From positions 1-55,826 of the IMG/VR virus record IMGVR_UViG_3300020045_002251: a stretch of 55,826 nt of DNA, one strand, 5' to 3'. Below, one piece after another: positions 18,106 to 27,317 of this stretch; the first letter of the stretch is position 1, and every line of letters begins with the position of its first letter. The notes under the pieces were generated by a model. That model was not told where the DNA came from, ran no database searches, and saw only the letters and a list, made by a program, of their open reading frames with translations. The translations under genes and the position numbers were made by a program. The DNA is from a virus. Taxonomy: Duplodnaviria > Caudoviricetes.

Positions 18106-18853
18106 TGAACAATATTTCAGCCAAAAGCAAATATCATCCATTGCAAGTGATTATAACGCGATGGTGTTTACCATTAGCCAATTAATCAACAAAATAGATA
18201 CCATGTCGCTGGTGCGCGTGACCAAGGTGACCAATGCTGGTGGCGTGTCGCCTGTTGGTTATATCAACGCACAATTACTTGTTAATCAGTTAACAGGTGA
18301 TGGCAAAGGAATCACCAGCGGTACTATTTCAAATATCCCATATTTGAGAATGCAGGGGGGAAGTAACGCGATTATTTTAGACCCGCAAGTTGGCGACATT
18401 GGCGTTTGCGGTTTTTGCAGTCGCGATATTTCTACCGTAAAGAAAACCAAAGATGTAAGCAATCCGGCAAGTCGCAGAAAATACAACAAAGCGGATGGTT
18501 TGTATTTTGGCGGATTCTTGAACGGTACGCCATCGCAATATGTGCAATTTAATACATCTGGCATAACAATACACTCGCCTACTGCGGTTGCATTAAGCGC
18601 GCCAGACGTGAAAATAAATAGCGCGACATTAGAAGTTAATGCAACTTCATCAGCAACCATTACAACGCCAACATTTACAGTAAACGGCGCTACTATATTG
18701 GCTGGTACATTGTCACAGACTGGCGGAGGAGCAACCACAATGAGTGGCTCATTAACGACCACTGGAGCTATGGTGGCTCAGGGCACAAACGTCCATACTC
18801 ATACGCACAGCGGCGTAACAACTGGCAGTGGAAATACTGGAGCACCTAATTAA
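18098..18853 (+). CDS. Baseplate central spike (Gp138/gpV-like)
   Basis: IPYLRMQGGSNAIILDPQVGDIG...RDIS; C-terminal HTHTH metal-binding tip. Confidence 0.8.
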   Translation: MSNEQYFSQKQISSIASDYNAMVFTISQLINKIDTMSLVRVTKVTNAGGVSPVGYINAQLLVNQLTGDGKGITSGTISNIPYLRMQGGSNAIILDPQVGDIGVCGFCSRDISTVKKTKDVSNPASRRKYNKADGLYFGGFLNGTPSQYVQFNTSGITIHSPTAVALSAPDVKINSATLEVNATSSATITTPTFTVNGATILAGTLSQTGGGATTMSGSLTTTGAMVAQGTNVHTHTHSGVTTGSGNTGAPN

Positions 18854-19206
18854 TGGCAGATACATTACTTTTAGATTTGAATAATTGGGATTTGGTTGTT
18901 GATAGCGCTGGAAATATAGCTATGGCCTCAAATCCCTATTCTATGGCGCAAGATGTTGCATCGGCATGTAAAACATTTCTTGGTGAAGTCTATTACGATA
19001 CAACAATGGGCATTCCATATTGGGAAAGTGTGTTGGGGCAATTACCGCCAATTAACGTGCTGCAACAATATTTTGTAAATCAGGCGCTGACCGTGCCTGG
19101 TGTCGTGTCAGCCCGATGTGTGATAAACTCTTTTACTAATAGAAGTATTAGCGGACAGGTTAGATTTACTGACGCGACAGGCGTGGAGCAAGGCGTTAGC
19201 TTATGA
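18853..19206 (+). CDS. Baseplate wedge/sheath-initiator (gp25/gp46-like) protein
   Basis: WDLVVDSAGNIA, AQDVASAC.TFLGE.YYDTT.GIPY. Confidence 0.7.
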   Translation: MADTLLLDLNNWDLVVDSAGNIAMASNPYSMAQDVASACKTFLGEVYYDTTMGIPYWESVLGQLPPINVLQQYFVNQALTVPGVVSARCVINSFTNRSISGQVRFTDATGVEQGVSL

Positions 19207-20420
19207 CAACAACAAGCGTACCAGCTTTAACTTTTACCAGCACCGGAGTTACTGCACCAACGGAAGCTGAAATTCTAGCTGGTGTTCAAACTGATATTAA
19301 TGCTGCATTTGGCGGTAATTTAGATCAAAATCTAAACACTCCACAAGGCCAAATTGCGTCAAGTCAAACCGCAATTATTGGTGACGCTAACGATAATTTT
19401 TTATATGTAGTAAATCAAGTAGATCCAGCTAATGCATCTGGCGCCTTCCAAGATGCTATTGGCCGCATTTACTTTATGGAAAGAATTCCATCGCAGGCGA
19501 CAGCAGTACAATGCACGCTGACAGGTGTTAGTGGAACCGTTATTCCTGCTGGAGTTCAAGCTCAAGATACCAGTGGCAATACTTACATTTCAACCGCGCC
19601 AGTGACAATCGGCAGCACTGGTACGGTTTCTGCTGAATTTCAAAATATTGTTACTGGCCCTATCGCGTGTGCATCAGGTACATTAACTGTTATCGTCCAG
19701 CAGATTGTCGGTTGGGACGCAATCACAAATCCTTCTTCTGGTGTTCTTGGTCGCAATGTGGAATCACAGCAGGATTTTGAATACCGCAGGCAGAAATCAG
19801 TTGCAATTAATTCAACGGGAACTAATGCAGCAATCCTTGCCAATGTCTTGACTGTATCTAATGTATTGGATTGTTATGTTATAGATAACCCACTCAGCAC
19901 ATCAATAAATAAAGGTGTGACAAACTATTCATTGAAGCCTCATTCTGTTTATGTTGGCGTTGTTGGTGGCGCATCGTCTGATATTGCATCAGCAATTCAG
20001 AAAACAAAGGATGCTGGTTGTGATATGAATGGAAATACATCTGTAACCATATCGGATACAGTTAACTATTCGTATCCGTATCCAACGCAAACAATCACAT
20101 ACAATATTCCAACATCTACACCGATTTATTTTTCTGTTAGCTTGGTTAACAATCCAAATCTGCCGTCAGACATAATCACGCAGGTTAAAAGCGCAATCAT
20201 TTCAGCGTTTAATGGCGAAGACGGAGGAAGTAGAGCTAGAATTGGAAGTGAGATTTTTGCAAGTCGTTTTTATGCAGGAATAGCATCATTGAATCAATAC
20301 GTGGCAATTTTATCATTATTTGTTGGTACAAGCTTATCGCCATCAACTACTACGGTTACGATGGGAATAGATCAAGCGCCAACAATTCAAGCATCAAATA
20401 TAACCGTAGCGCTGGTGTGA
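19203..20420 (+). CDS. Baseplate J/gp47-like wedge protein
   Basis: TPQGQIASS, DPANASGAFQDAIGRIYF, GRNVES...FEYRR, PHSVYV.V.GG. Confidence 0.85.
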   Translation: MTTTSVPALTFTSTGVTAPTEAEILAGVQTDINAAFGGNLDQNLNTPQGQIASSQTAIIGDANDNFLYVVNQVDPANASGAFQDAIGRIYFMERIPSQATAVQCTLTGVSGTVIPAGVQAQDTSGNTYISTAPVTIGSTGTVSAEFQNIVTGPIACASGTLTVIVQQIVGWDAITNPSSGVLGRNVESQQDFEYRRQKSVAINSTGTNAAILANVLTVSNVLDCYVIDNPLSTSINKGVTNYSLKPHSVYVGVVGGASSDIASAIQKTKDAGCDMNGNTSVTISDTVNYSYPYPTQTITYNIPTSTPIYFSVSLVNNPNLPSDIITQVKSAIISAFNGEDGGSRARIGSEIFASRFYAGIASLNQYVAILSLFVGTSLSPSTTTVTMGIDQAPTIQASNITVALV

Positions 20421-20421
20421 T

Positions 20422-21084
20422 ATGATTGATGTAGAAAAAACAATAATTAGCCAATATGCAAATAGCCAAACAATTGTTCAATTGATTAGTAATTTTAATC
20501 AATATATTGACCAATCTGTAAACATAGATAATTTTTTGTCTTACGTTTGGGATGTTTCGACTGCGCAAGGTTTTGGTCTTGATATTTGGGGAAGAATTGT
20601 AGGAGTTAATCGAAATTTAACTTTGCCTTCAACGCCAGATAGTTTCGGTTATCAAGAATCAGGCAACACTTGGCAACCTTGGGGGCAATCCCCTTTTTAT
20701 GCAACTGGCACCACCAGCACTTATGCGTTATCGGATGATGCATTTCGCACATTGATTTTAGTGAAAGCATTATCTAATATTTCATCGTCAACTATCCCCG
20801 CACTGAATCAACTATTGATGAATTTATTTTCAGGAAGGGGTCGGTGCTATGTTAATGATTTGGGTGAAATGCAAATACGATACACCTTTGAATTTGCATT
20901 AGAAGATTGGGAGTTAGCAATCATAACCAATTCAGGTGCATTCCCTCGACCATCTGGAGTTTATGCATCAGTAATGCAAGCGGACAATGATTCAACGTTT
21001 GGATTTTATACAGATAGTTTAGAATATCAACCCTTTAATCAAGGCACATTCCTTTCAGAGGGCTCTATAAGTGCAATCAAGTAA
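20422..21084 (+). CDS. Baseplate wedge protein (DUF2612)
   Basis: TIISQYANS, TAQGFGLDIWGRIVGV.R, LSDDAFR.LI..KA..NI, FPRPSGV. Confidence 0.8.
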   Translation: MIDVEKTIISQYANSQTIVQLISNFNQYIDQSVNIDNFLSYVWDVSTAQGFGLDIWGRIVGVNRNLTLPSTPDSFGYQESGNTWQPWGQSPFYATGTTSTYALSDDAFRTLILVKALSNISSSTIPALNQLLMNLFSGRGRCYVNDLGEMQIRYTFEFALEDWELAIITNSGAFPRPSGVYASVMQADNDSTFGFYTDSLEYQPFNQGTFLSEGSISAIK

Positions 21085-22552
21085 TTACCCTTCACAAATA
21101 ACCTTGCCGTTTGCAAATAATGCAGGCATAGGTTATATCAACACAATTCCAACTGCCTCTCAGATTGGCGTTACAGCGGGTGCGGCTTCTTATAATGATG
21201 GGTTCCCACCATTAACAATGATTCCAAAAGCATCTGGTGGTACCCCTCCATTCGGTCAGGACATGAATGGTGTGCTTAATGCCATTACTAAAGCCATGCG
21301 ATGGAACCAGGCGGGAGGTGCGTATCCTTATAATTCAACATTTGCCTCAGATAGTAACGTATCTGGATATCCCGTTGGTGCCAAGGTGCTAAGCTCCACC
21401 GGAACTAACTTCTGGTTGAATACTGTTGAGAATAATACATCAAATCCAGATTCTGGTGGCGCTGGTTGGGTTTCGGTAGACGCAATGACAATTGCCGCTA
21501 TTACTTTGACTAGCAGCAATGTTACGTTAACTGCTGACCAAGCTGGTAAGGAAATCATTATTCTTTCTGGGGTAATGACCACCAATTTAAACTTAATCTT
21601 TCCTGCCACAGTTAACAAATGGTTAGTTGTAAACAATTGCACTGGTGCATATACAGTTACACTAAAAACCGCCTCTGGCACAGGAACAACCATTTATTCT
21701 GGTGGATCTGGTAGTTGTCAAATTATATACAGCAACGGAGTTAACATATATGCGGTAGCAGGGAATTATGCACTTCCGTGGTTAATTGCACCAGCTACGA
21801 GCCCAGAACACGCAATTAGAGTGTCGCAATCTGGGCATGGTCAGTGCAGGTTATCCGTAACAAGTACAACGGTGCTCACTTTAACTCCTTATAACGGAAG
21901 AAATTTAATCATCAACGATACTCCGGTATCAATTCCAACCGCCGGAGTAACTCTAAGTAACTCAGGGTTATCAGCAAGCACACTATATTACATATATGCC
22001 TATGTATCGGCTGGCGTTATGACATTAGAAGCATCGGCGACAACGCACACCACTAGCACTGGCGGAATAGAAACAAAGTCTGGTGACGACACTCGTACAT
22101 TGGTTGGCATGATTTACACTAACCCTTCATCACAATTTGTTGATTCATCATCATTTAAAGGTTGTTTGAACTGGTTTAACAAACGATTAGTAAACACTAC
22201 GAACTCTGTTGTATCAGATACCACCTTCACTAATACATCTATCGCAGAATTGGCAACAGTACCCAGAAATACAATGCTAGCGTGGGCTGGGGAAACACTG
22301 GAATGTATTTCTGATGGTACAGGTGTAAATTCAGGCGGTAACACGACTTATTTTAGAGCATACATATCAGGTACTGCGGTTGGCTCATTGAGTGGTCTGA
22401 CATCATCAACAGCCAATATGAGCTTTAGCTCCTCTGGTGTTCAAACTGTTACTGTAGACGGTGTATATAATGGCCAAGTCTACGGGTTTGTAACAGCCGG
22501 TACTGGGACGTTAAAAGCAGCTTCGCAGGTAAAAATGATGACAATGGGGTGA
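21071..22552 (+). CDS. Tail fibre protein
   Basis: Conserved N-terminus ASYNDGFPPLTM.P...GG.PP.GQDMNG, GYPVGA; Thr/Ser-rich distal region; GTG start. Confidence 0.8.
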   Translation: MQSSNYPSQITLPFANNAGIGYINTIPTASQIGVTAGAASYNDGFPPLTMIPKASGGTPPFGQDMNGVLNAITKAMRWNQAGGAYPYNSTFASDSNVSGYPVGAKVLSSTGTNFWLNTVENNTSNPDSGGAGWVSVDAMTIAAITLTSSNVTLTADQAGKEIIILSGVMTTNLNLIFPATVNKWLVVNNCTGAYTVTLKTASGTGTTIYSGGSGSCQIIYSNGVNIYAVAGNYALPWLIAPATSPEHAIRVSQSGHGQCRLSVTSTTVLTLTPYNGRNLIINDTPVSIPTAGVTLSNSGLSASTLYYIYAYVSAGVMTLEASATTHTTSTGGIETKSGDDTRTLVGMIYTNPSSQFVDSSSFKGCLNWFNKRLVNTTNSVVSDTTFTNTSIAELATVPRNTMLAWAGETLECISDGTGVNSGGNTTYFRAYISGTAVGSLSGLTSSTANMSFSSSGVQTVTVDGVYNGQVYGFVTAGTGTLKAASQVKMMTMG

Positions 22553-22558
22553 TAAAAA

Positions 22559-22933
22559 ATGAACAAGCCAATTGGGAATAGTTTTTACGATGAATTAGTC
22601 AAATATGGCGGATTAGTCGGAGAGCATTTTAGCTGGATAGCGGACGGTGATTTAATATTTTTTGAAGATACCCCAGAATCCGTTGTATCTGGCGTAACAG
22701 ATGTATATTCAAAACATAATCCAGATCTATTATCTTGGTCTGAATACCAAACAAAAGCGCAATCATTATTGAATGACACAGACATTGTTGCGATCAGATG
22801 TTTGAAGGCTGGGATTTCATATCCGGCTGAATGGATGGATTACACAAACAATCTCAGAGATATTGTGCGGGCAACATCTGGGGATTCAACTGTAGATTTA
22901 CCGCAAAGGCCAATCTACCCATCTGGTACTTAA
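22559..22933 (+). CDS. Putative tail fibre assembly chaperone
   Basis: Follows the fibre; AQSLLNDTD...EWMDY...LRDIV...LPQRP.YP. Confidence 0.65.
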   Translation: MNKPIGNSFYDELVKYGGLVGEHFSWIADGDLIFFEDTPESVVSGVTDVYSKHNPDLLSWSEYQTKAQSLLNDTDIVAIRCLKAGISYPAEWMDYTNNLRDIVRATSGDSTVDLPQRPIYPSGT

Positions 22934-22936
22934 TAA

Positions 22937-22960
22937 GACCGCCTTCGGGCGGTTTTCTTT
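22937..22960 (+). terminator. Intrinsic terminator
   Basis: accgcc-ttcg-ggcggt-tttcttt. Confidence 0.85.
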
Positions 22961-23025
22961 ACCGATTTTTTGCATTATGCAATAATGAATGAAACTATAA
23001 TCAATTAACACAAAAGAATAATAGC

Positions 23026-23520
23026 ATGGCGACTGATGATTTAATGATGGGGCAATTAATAGCTGGTTTAGCTCAAAATACTAATGCGGTCAAAGATTTA
23101 GCGGATAATGTGAAAGAGCTAACGCAAGCGCATAGCAGTCATGCAACACAGCTCGCCGAATTGCGTCACGATGTAGCATCACAATCAATTGAATTGAAAG
23201 ACATCAAAAAATCAATATCGTCAAATGAATACGCTAAACAGTTATTGATAGCTATGGGGATGACTCCAGATTCTCCAGATGTAACTAGAACATACTTTGA
23301 TTTCATTAAAATTAGAATGCGTGAGTGCTCAACTCAAAACAAAGTAGTAAACGCAATTAAAATCACCGTTTTAACCATCATAATTATTACACTGATGGGC
23401 TTCGTTTTGAATACTTTTGTTAGTGGGTTATCAAGTAAAACAACTCAACAAAACGCAGAAATAGCACATTCAGCAATTAATGGCGCGACAACAGAATCAC
23501 TGCTAGGTAATGGGAAATGA
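23026..23520 (+). CDS. Coiled-coil membrane protein of the lysis cassette (holin/antiholin-like)
   Basis: N-terminal heptads and one TM segment (ITVLTIIIITLMGFVL). Confidence 0.5.
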   Translation: MATDDLMMGQLIAGLAQNTNAVKDLADNVKELTQAHSSHATQLAELRHDVASQSIELKDIKKSISSNEYAKQLLIAMGMTPDSPDVTRTYFDFIKIRMRECSTQNKVVNAIKITVLTIIIITLMGFVLNTFVSGLSSKTTQQNAEIAHSAINGATTESLLGNGK

Positions 23521-23723
23521 AAATATCAGAATTGTTCACCGGAAACGATAATGTAACCATTGAACCATCTTTTGTGTGGTCAGCGATGGGTTTTGCAGTT
23601 GGTTTGGGTCTTGAAATTTATTGCGTTGTTACCGGTAAAATCATATTTAATTTAACTGATTTTGGTTTGGGTAATGCGGCAATGCTTACAGCTATGGCTG
23701 GTGCATTTAAGTTGAGTAAGTAA
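23517..23723 (+). CDS. Putative holin
   Basis: 68 aa with two hydrophobic segments, directly upstream of the lysozyme. Confidence 0.55.
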   Translation: MKISELFTGNDNVTIEPSFVWSAMGFAVGLGLEIYCVVTGKIIFNLTDFGLGNAAMLTAMAGAFKLSK

Positions 23724-23724
23724 T

Positions 23725-24183
23725 ATGAAAACCAGACTAGATTTTTCATTATCAGGACAAAGGCAATTAACTCAATTTTTTGAGGGGTGCAGATTAACTG
23801 CATATCCAGACCCAGGTACTGGAGATGCACCTTGGACTATTGGGTATGGTCATACGGGCCCAGAAGTAAAAAAAGGATTAACTTGCACACAAGAACAATC
23901 AGAAAGATGGTTGCATTTTGATGTGCAATCAGCAGTTTCAACAGTAAATAATTACGTATCCATCCAGTTATCGCAGCATCAATTTGATGCGTGCGTAGAT
24001 TTTGTATTTAATGTCGGCGCTGGAAATTTCAAATCATCAACATTATTAAAGTTAATTAATGCAGGTGACTTTGATGGCGCAAGTAAAGAATTTGATAAAT
24101 GGGTAAAGGCTGGTGGTCGCGTATTGGCGGGGCTAGTTAAGCGCCGAGATGCGGAAGAGGCATGGTTTAAAACAATAGATTGA
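23725..24183 (+). CDS. Endolysin, GH24 lysozyme
   Basis: FEGCRLTAYPD...WTIGYGHTG, QFDACVDFVFNVG, SSTLLK, GLVKRRDAE. Confidence 0.95.
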   Translation: MKTRLDFSLSGQRQLTQFFEGCRLTAYPDPGTGDAPWTIGYGHTGPEVKKGLTCTQEQSERWLHFDVQSAVSTVNNYVSIQLSQHQFDACVDFVFNVGAGNFKSSTLLKLINAGDFDGASKEFDKWVKAGGRVLAGLVKRRDAEEAWFKTID

Positions 24184-24191
24184 GGTGATTC

Positions 24192-24422
24192 ATGCAAAGC
24201 ATAATTCGTTATATCTATGATAGATTTATCCCGCACTATGTCACAGAAGATGTGGTTTATGTTTTGCAGAATGGCCGATATTACGCCATTTGCCCATTGC
24301 GAATGGCTGGAGATAGTCATTATGATGCAGTCGGAAAGGTGAGTTATTTCTGTTTGTTCGGTCATGCAATGATGAAAAAGCAAGTGGATAAACCGACAAT
24401 CACCAAGGGGGTAAAATGTTAG
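24192..24422 (+). CDS. Hypothetical protein
   Basis: GAGG RBS; between endolysin and spanin. Confidence 0.6.
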   Translation: MQSIIRYIYDRFIPHYVTEDVVYVLQNGRYYAICPLRMAGDSHYDAVGKVSYFCLFGHAMMKKQVDKPTITKGVKC

Positions 24423-24916
24423 CGTTAAAGTATTGGAAAGAAATATTGATTACGGTAGCTGTTGCGGCATTGCTTTATCTGGGATATTCATATCGCGGAT
24501 TAATTGCAGAGCGTGATGGGCTAAAATCAACAGTAGCAACACAACAAGCAACCATTGAACGAGCCGTGCAAGTAAGAGCGCACGAGCAAGCGTTTGCAAT
24601 CACTCAAAATGATGTAGCGGTTAAATATGAACAGGGGAAAGAAGATGGTAAAAATGAATTATCTACTAGCATTGAGCATTTGCGTACTGCTATCAGCTTG
24701 CGCGACAAAAGAATCAGTGAACTCAATTCCATCGCAAGTGTGTCCGGTTCTACCGCCAGCACCAGCGACTATAATGGTGAAACGAAATCCAATATTTCTC
24801 AAGAAGATGGAGAGTTTTATTTTAAACTCGCCAGTGAAGCAGACGAAGTAGTAAAGCAGCTTGCGGCTTGCCAAGCTATAGTTGAAGAAGATAGAAAATT
24901 GGTGAATGGAAAATGA
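24416..24916 (+). CDS. Rz: Inner-membrane spanin
   Basis: N-terminal TM plus coiled coil; EADEVVKQLAACQ. Confidence 0.8.
   Translation: MLALKYWKEILITVAVAALLYLGYSYRGLIAERDGLKSTVATQQATIERAVQVRAHEQAFAITQNDVAVKYEQGKEDGKNELSTSIEHLRTAISLRDKRISELNSIASVSGSTASTSDYNGETKSNISQEDGEFYFKLASEADEVVKQLAACQAIVEEDRKLVNGK
24654..24851 (+). CDS. Rz1: Outer-membrane spanin lipoprotein embedded in Rz (+1 frame)
   Basis: MNYLLALSICVLLSAC lipobox; Pro-rich CPVLPPAP. Confidence 0.8.
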   Translation: MNYLLALSICVLLSACATKESVNSIPSQVCPVLPPAPATIMVKRNPIFLKKMESFILNSPVKQTK

Positions 24917-25470
24917 AACAGATATTTTTATTGATTTTTGGGTTTGTTCAGGCGGTAATTTATTTGCCAATCAACATATTTGTAACGTTTATTGCTTACA
25001 TTTTATCTCCTATTTTGCCTTTATTTGCTGATTCAGAAGGTTGGCTTCCAAATTGGTTATATTGGTTTCAGACGCCTGATGCATCTATTGATGGTGATAG
25101 TGGTTGGCAAAGTACCGCCAAGCATCCATATATCAATAAACTACCAAGGTATATCAGACGAGTATTATGGCTTATTAGAAACCCATCATACGGATTCAAC
25201 TCTACGGTATTGGCAACAAATAAATTACCAGAAGGATTTGTTTCATATGGCAATTTGGATATAAGCGACAAAGGTGTGTGGGGTGTCAATTTTGCTTATG
25301 TGAAGAACACGCAATATTTTGTCATTAGAACATATTTTCCAACTGGATTTGGTAAGTGCATGAAATTCAGATTTGGATGGAATTTAGCAACAGCGCTTGA
25401 TAGTAATCAGTATGTTGGTGAGCGGATTAAGTATGTATTTACCTGCAATCCTCTAAAATCAATCCAATAA
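24913..25470 (+). CDS. Conserved phage membrane protein
   Basis: N-terminal TM; WLPNWLYWFQTPDASIDGDSGW, WLIRNP.YGF, RFGW. Confidence 0.65.
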   Translation: MKQIFLLIFGFVQAVIYLPINIFVTFIAYILSPILPLFADSEGWLPNWLYWFQTPDASIDGDSGWQSTAKHPYINKLPRYIRRVLWLIRNPSYGFNSTVLATNKLPEGFVSYGNLDISDKGVWGVNFAYVKNTQYFVIRTYFPTGFGKCMKFRFGWNLATALDSNQYVGERIKYVFTCNPLKSIQ

Positions 25471-25487
25471 AATAGGGCCTTCTGGCC

Positions 25488-25709
25488 CTAATCTTTTTCC
25501 TTAAAAACACCATTCAATATCGCCATAGTGTAAATCATTTGCGTATGCGTAAATCCAATCATTGCAGCCTTTGCTGATGCAGCATCAATGATGGGCGTCA
25601 TAATCGATAAATGTAGCGATTTCGGCTGATTATCTAATGCTTTACTCAAGTCTTTGTTGAGTTGCTTAGCAATGGCGCGTAATGCATTATTTTGAATAAA
25701 ATTGTTCAT
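25488..25709 (-). CDS. Hypothetical protein
   Basis: Probable start MNNFIQ; converges on the hairpin tagggcc-ttct-ggcccta. Confidence 0.55.
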   Translation of the reverse strand: MNNFIQNNALRAIAKQLNKDLSKALDNQPKSLHLSIMTPIIDAASAKAAMIGFTHTQMIYTMAILNGVFKEKD

Positions 25710-25748
25710 GATTCGTGAACATCCTGTTTTTGTGAACGGCAAACGAAA

Positions 25749-25892
25749 TTAACTCTCCAATAACCCATCAACATCTTCACGGATCCGGCGTTTAACTTCC
25801 ATGTAAATAAACTCAAAATTGATGGTTCTGATTGATTTATTGATAGCCCAATATTGGCGGCCATCTTCAATGATTGTTTCTATGATGTTCAT
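25749..25892 (-). CDS. Hypothetical protein (47 aa)
   Basis: AGGA RBS; MNIIETIIEDGRQYW... Confidence 0.45.
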   Translation of the reverse strand: MNIIETIIEDGRQYWAINKSIRTINFEFIYMEVKRRIREDVDGLLES

Positions 25893-25897
25893 GATTA

Positions 25898-26179
25898 TTA
25901 TCCTTTTTTGAAGTTAATTTTTTTATCGCAGAATCGGATTCCTTTTGATTGGCATTGTTTTGCAAGTTGACTATATAGAACATAAGCATCGCAAACAGAA
26001 AGCTTGTGATTTCGATCATTTATGGTGACACCATATTTATATTGACATGAATGAATTTTAAAGTGGTCACTACCAAACCAAGCTAAAAATATAGAGCCTC
26101 CGCATAACCCATAAAAAAAAGTACCGTTATCATTGAAGGCGGTATTGAGAATATTAATTCCAGTAAATCTTAAATTCAT
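25898..26179 (-). CDS. Hypothetical protein
   Basis: ATGA overlap. Confidence 0.5.
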   Translation of the reverse strand: MNLRFTGINILNTAFNDNGTFFYGLCGGSIFLAWFGSDHFKIHSCQYKYGVTINDRNHKLSVCDAYVLYSQLAKQCQSKGIRFCDKKINFKKG

Positions 26180-26391
26180 AATTCTTCATCCTTATCAAAA
26201 GTAATTGAATGATGTCCTTCATCATCTCTTGTCCATTTGACGTGCTTGTAACCTTGCTTGATTAGCAATTCAATGAAATCCAAGACCCATGAATCTTGTG
26301 ATGTGTATGGCATAAATCCTCTAAATAGTAATTCTGCGAAATTTGATTGCTCTTTTCTCTGAAAATCTCGATTCATAGCCATGAATTTCAA
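26176..26391 (-). CDS. Hypothetical protein
   Basis: Cassette member. Confidence 0.5.
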   Translation of the reverse strand: MKFMAMNRDFQRKEQSNFAELLFRGFMPYTSQDSWVLDFIELLIKQGYKHVKWTRDDEGHHSITFDKDEEL

Positions 26392-26533
26392 TGTTCAGCT
26401 TTAATCGAACTCCGTCATCACTTACTGAGTGGATTATCAACTCATAAGCACCATCAGCATAACCCAAATTAATCAATATTGGAGTTATTAGTAATTGCTG
26501 CAATCTAGTTGGCTTTGTCCATTTATCTGTCAT
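26321..26533 (-). CDS. Hypothetical early protein
   Basis: AGGAG RBS behind a promoter. Confidence 0.55.
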   Translation of the reverse strand: MTDKWTKPTRLQQLLITPILINLGYADGAYELIIHSVSDDGVRLKLNIEIHGYESRFSEKRAIKFRRITI

Positions 26534-26561
26534 TGGTAAAATCTCCTACCTAATAACTAAA

Positions 26562-26590
26562 ACTGTAATACCAATTACGCCATAAATCAA
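26562..26590 (-). promoter_or_regulatory. Sigma70 promoter TTGATT-N17-TACAGT overlapping GTATTAC
   Basis: Canonical spacing. Confidence 0.65.
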
Positions 26591-26611
26591 GATTATTTTT
26601 CGATAGGCAAT

Positions 26612-26634
26612 AAAAAACCCAGCTAATAGCTGGG
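26612..26634 (-). terminator. Terminator of the ncRNA/tRNA operon
   Basis: Minus strand cccagct-att-agctggg-tttttt. Confidence 0.8.
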
Positions 26635-26682
26635 CCATCACCAGGTTTGAGCATTTTTAAGAGGCTTTGGTAATTATTTGTT

Positions 26683-26758
26683 TGGTGCCGACTATCCGAG
26701 TCGAACGGATAACCTACTGATTACAGGTCAGTTGCTCTGCCAGTTGAGCTAGGTCGGC
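26683..26758 (-). tRNA. tRNA-Thr(UGU) with C33 and a C7-A66 mismatch
   Basis: GCCGACC TA GCTC AACTGGCA GAGC A ACTGA CCTGTAA TCAGT AGGTT ATCCG TTCGACT CGGAT AGTCGGC ACCA; close to enterobacterial thrU. Confidence 0.9.
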
Positions 26759-26770
26759 TAAATCTATATA

Positions 26771-26845
26771 TGGTTGCTCCGACAGGTATCGAACCTGAAT
26801 TTTCCCGCTTATGAGGCAGGTCACTTTACCTTAAGTTACAGAGCA
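26771..26845 (-). tRNA. tRNA with CAU anticodon (Met or Ile2)
   Basis: TGCTCTG TA ACTT AAGGTA AAGT GA CCTGC CTCATAA GCGGG AAAAT TCAGG TTCGATA CCTGT CGGAGCA ACCA; encoded CCA. Confidence 0.85.
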
Positions 26846-26850
26846 ATAAA

Positions 26851-27087
26851 TGCCAACCTTGCAACATAGACCCAAGAAAGCGGAAATCTTATGTAGTTGG
26901 CTTGAGTAAATGAAATCCACAACGTAAGCAGCGAGCACAGAGGTTGTGGACGAATAAATGCGTTATTTTCAAGGCTGGATTCCGAAGTGTTACGCTTCAC
27001 TTCCTCATAACCGGTTTGCCAGCATCCGTATACATTAACCACTTCCAGTGGTTAGCCTAAATGGTCGCGCCTTAGATAGGTCTTGAG
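26851..27087 (-). ncRNA. Candidate multi-hairpin ncRNA or structured tRNA-operon spacer
   Basis: Stems gccaac/gttggc, tccacaac/gttgtgga, gctgg/ccagc, aagtg/cactt, taaccac/gtggtta; no credible RBS-led ORF. Confidence 0.45.
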
Positions 27088-27314
27088 TTTGTTGTGGCTG
27101 GCGCTGAACTCCAGCTTGGTGACGATAGGCGTATGGCGACGCCTCGTTTTACATCTTGCTCAATCTACCGAACCTCTATCCTAGAGGTGTATTAAACCTC
27201 CACGGCTTTGGATAGTAGCTTTACATGTCTTGCTAGCGCCTTAGGTGCACTGCCGTGTATCTAGCAAGTTCTCGTTCACCTGATTAGCGCATCAGCCTGC
27301 GCATTCACAACAAA
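27088..27314 (-). ncRNA. Candidate ~220-nt structured ncRNA with kissing loops and tRNA-like topology
   Basis: Closing stem TTTGTTGTG/CACAACAAA; hairpins GCGCA-GGCTGA-TGCGC and GCTGG-AGTTCAGCG-CCAGC with complementary loops; promoter directly upstream. Confidence 0.7.
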
Positions 27315-27317
27315 TTC

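Noticed and set aside
26836-27042. 68-aa ORF in the track
   Set aside because: No convincing RBS, runs into the tRNA and overlaps dense RNA structure
27245-27268. GTGCACTGCCGTGTA resembles the 5' half of a type I-F CRISPR repeat (possible RNA anti-CRISPR)
   Set aside because: The GGCAG arm of the Cas6f hairpin is missing, it lies antisense to the predicted transcript, and GCCGTG is explained by pairing with CACGGC
27088-27314. tmRNA, hammerhead or theta ribozyme identity for the ncRNA
   Set aside because: No GGGG...CCA alanine acceptor or tag ORF; CUGAUG is not followed by a hammerhead core; no HDV-like fold seen 3' of the tRNAs
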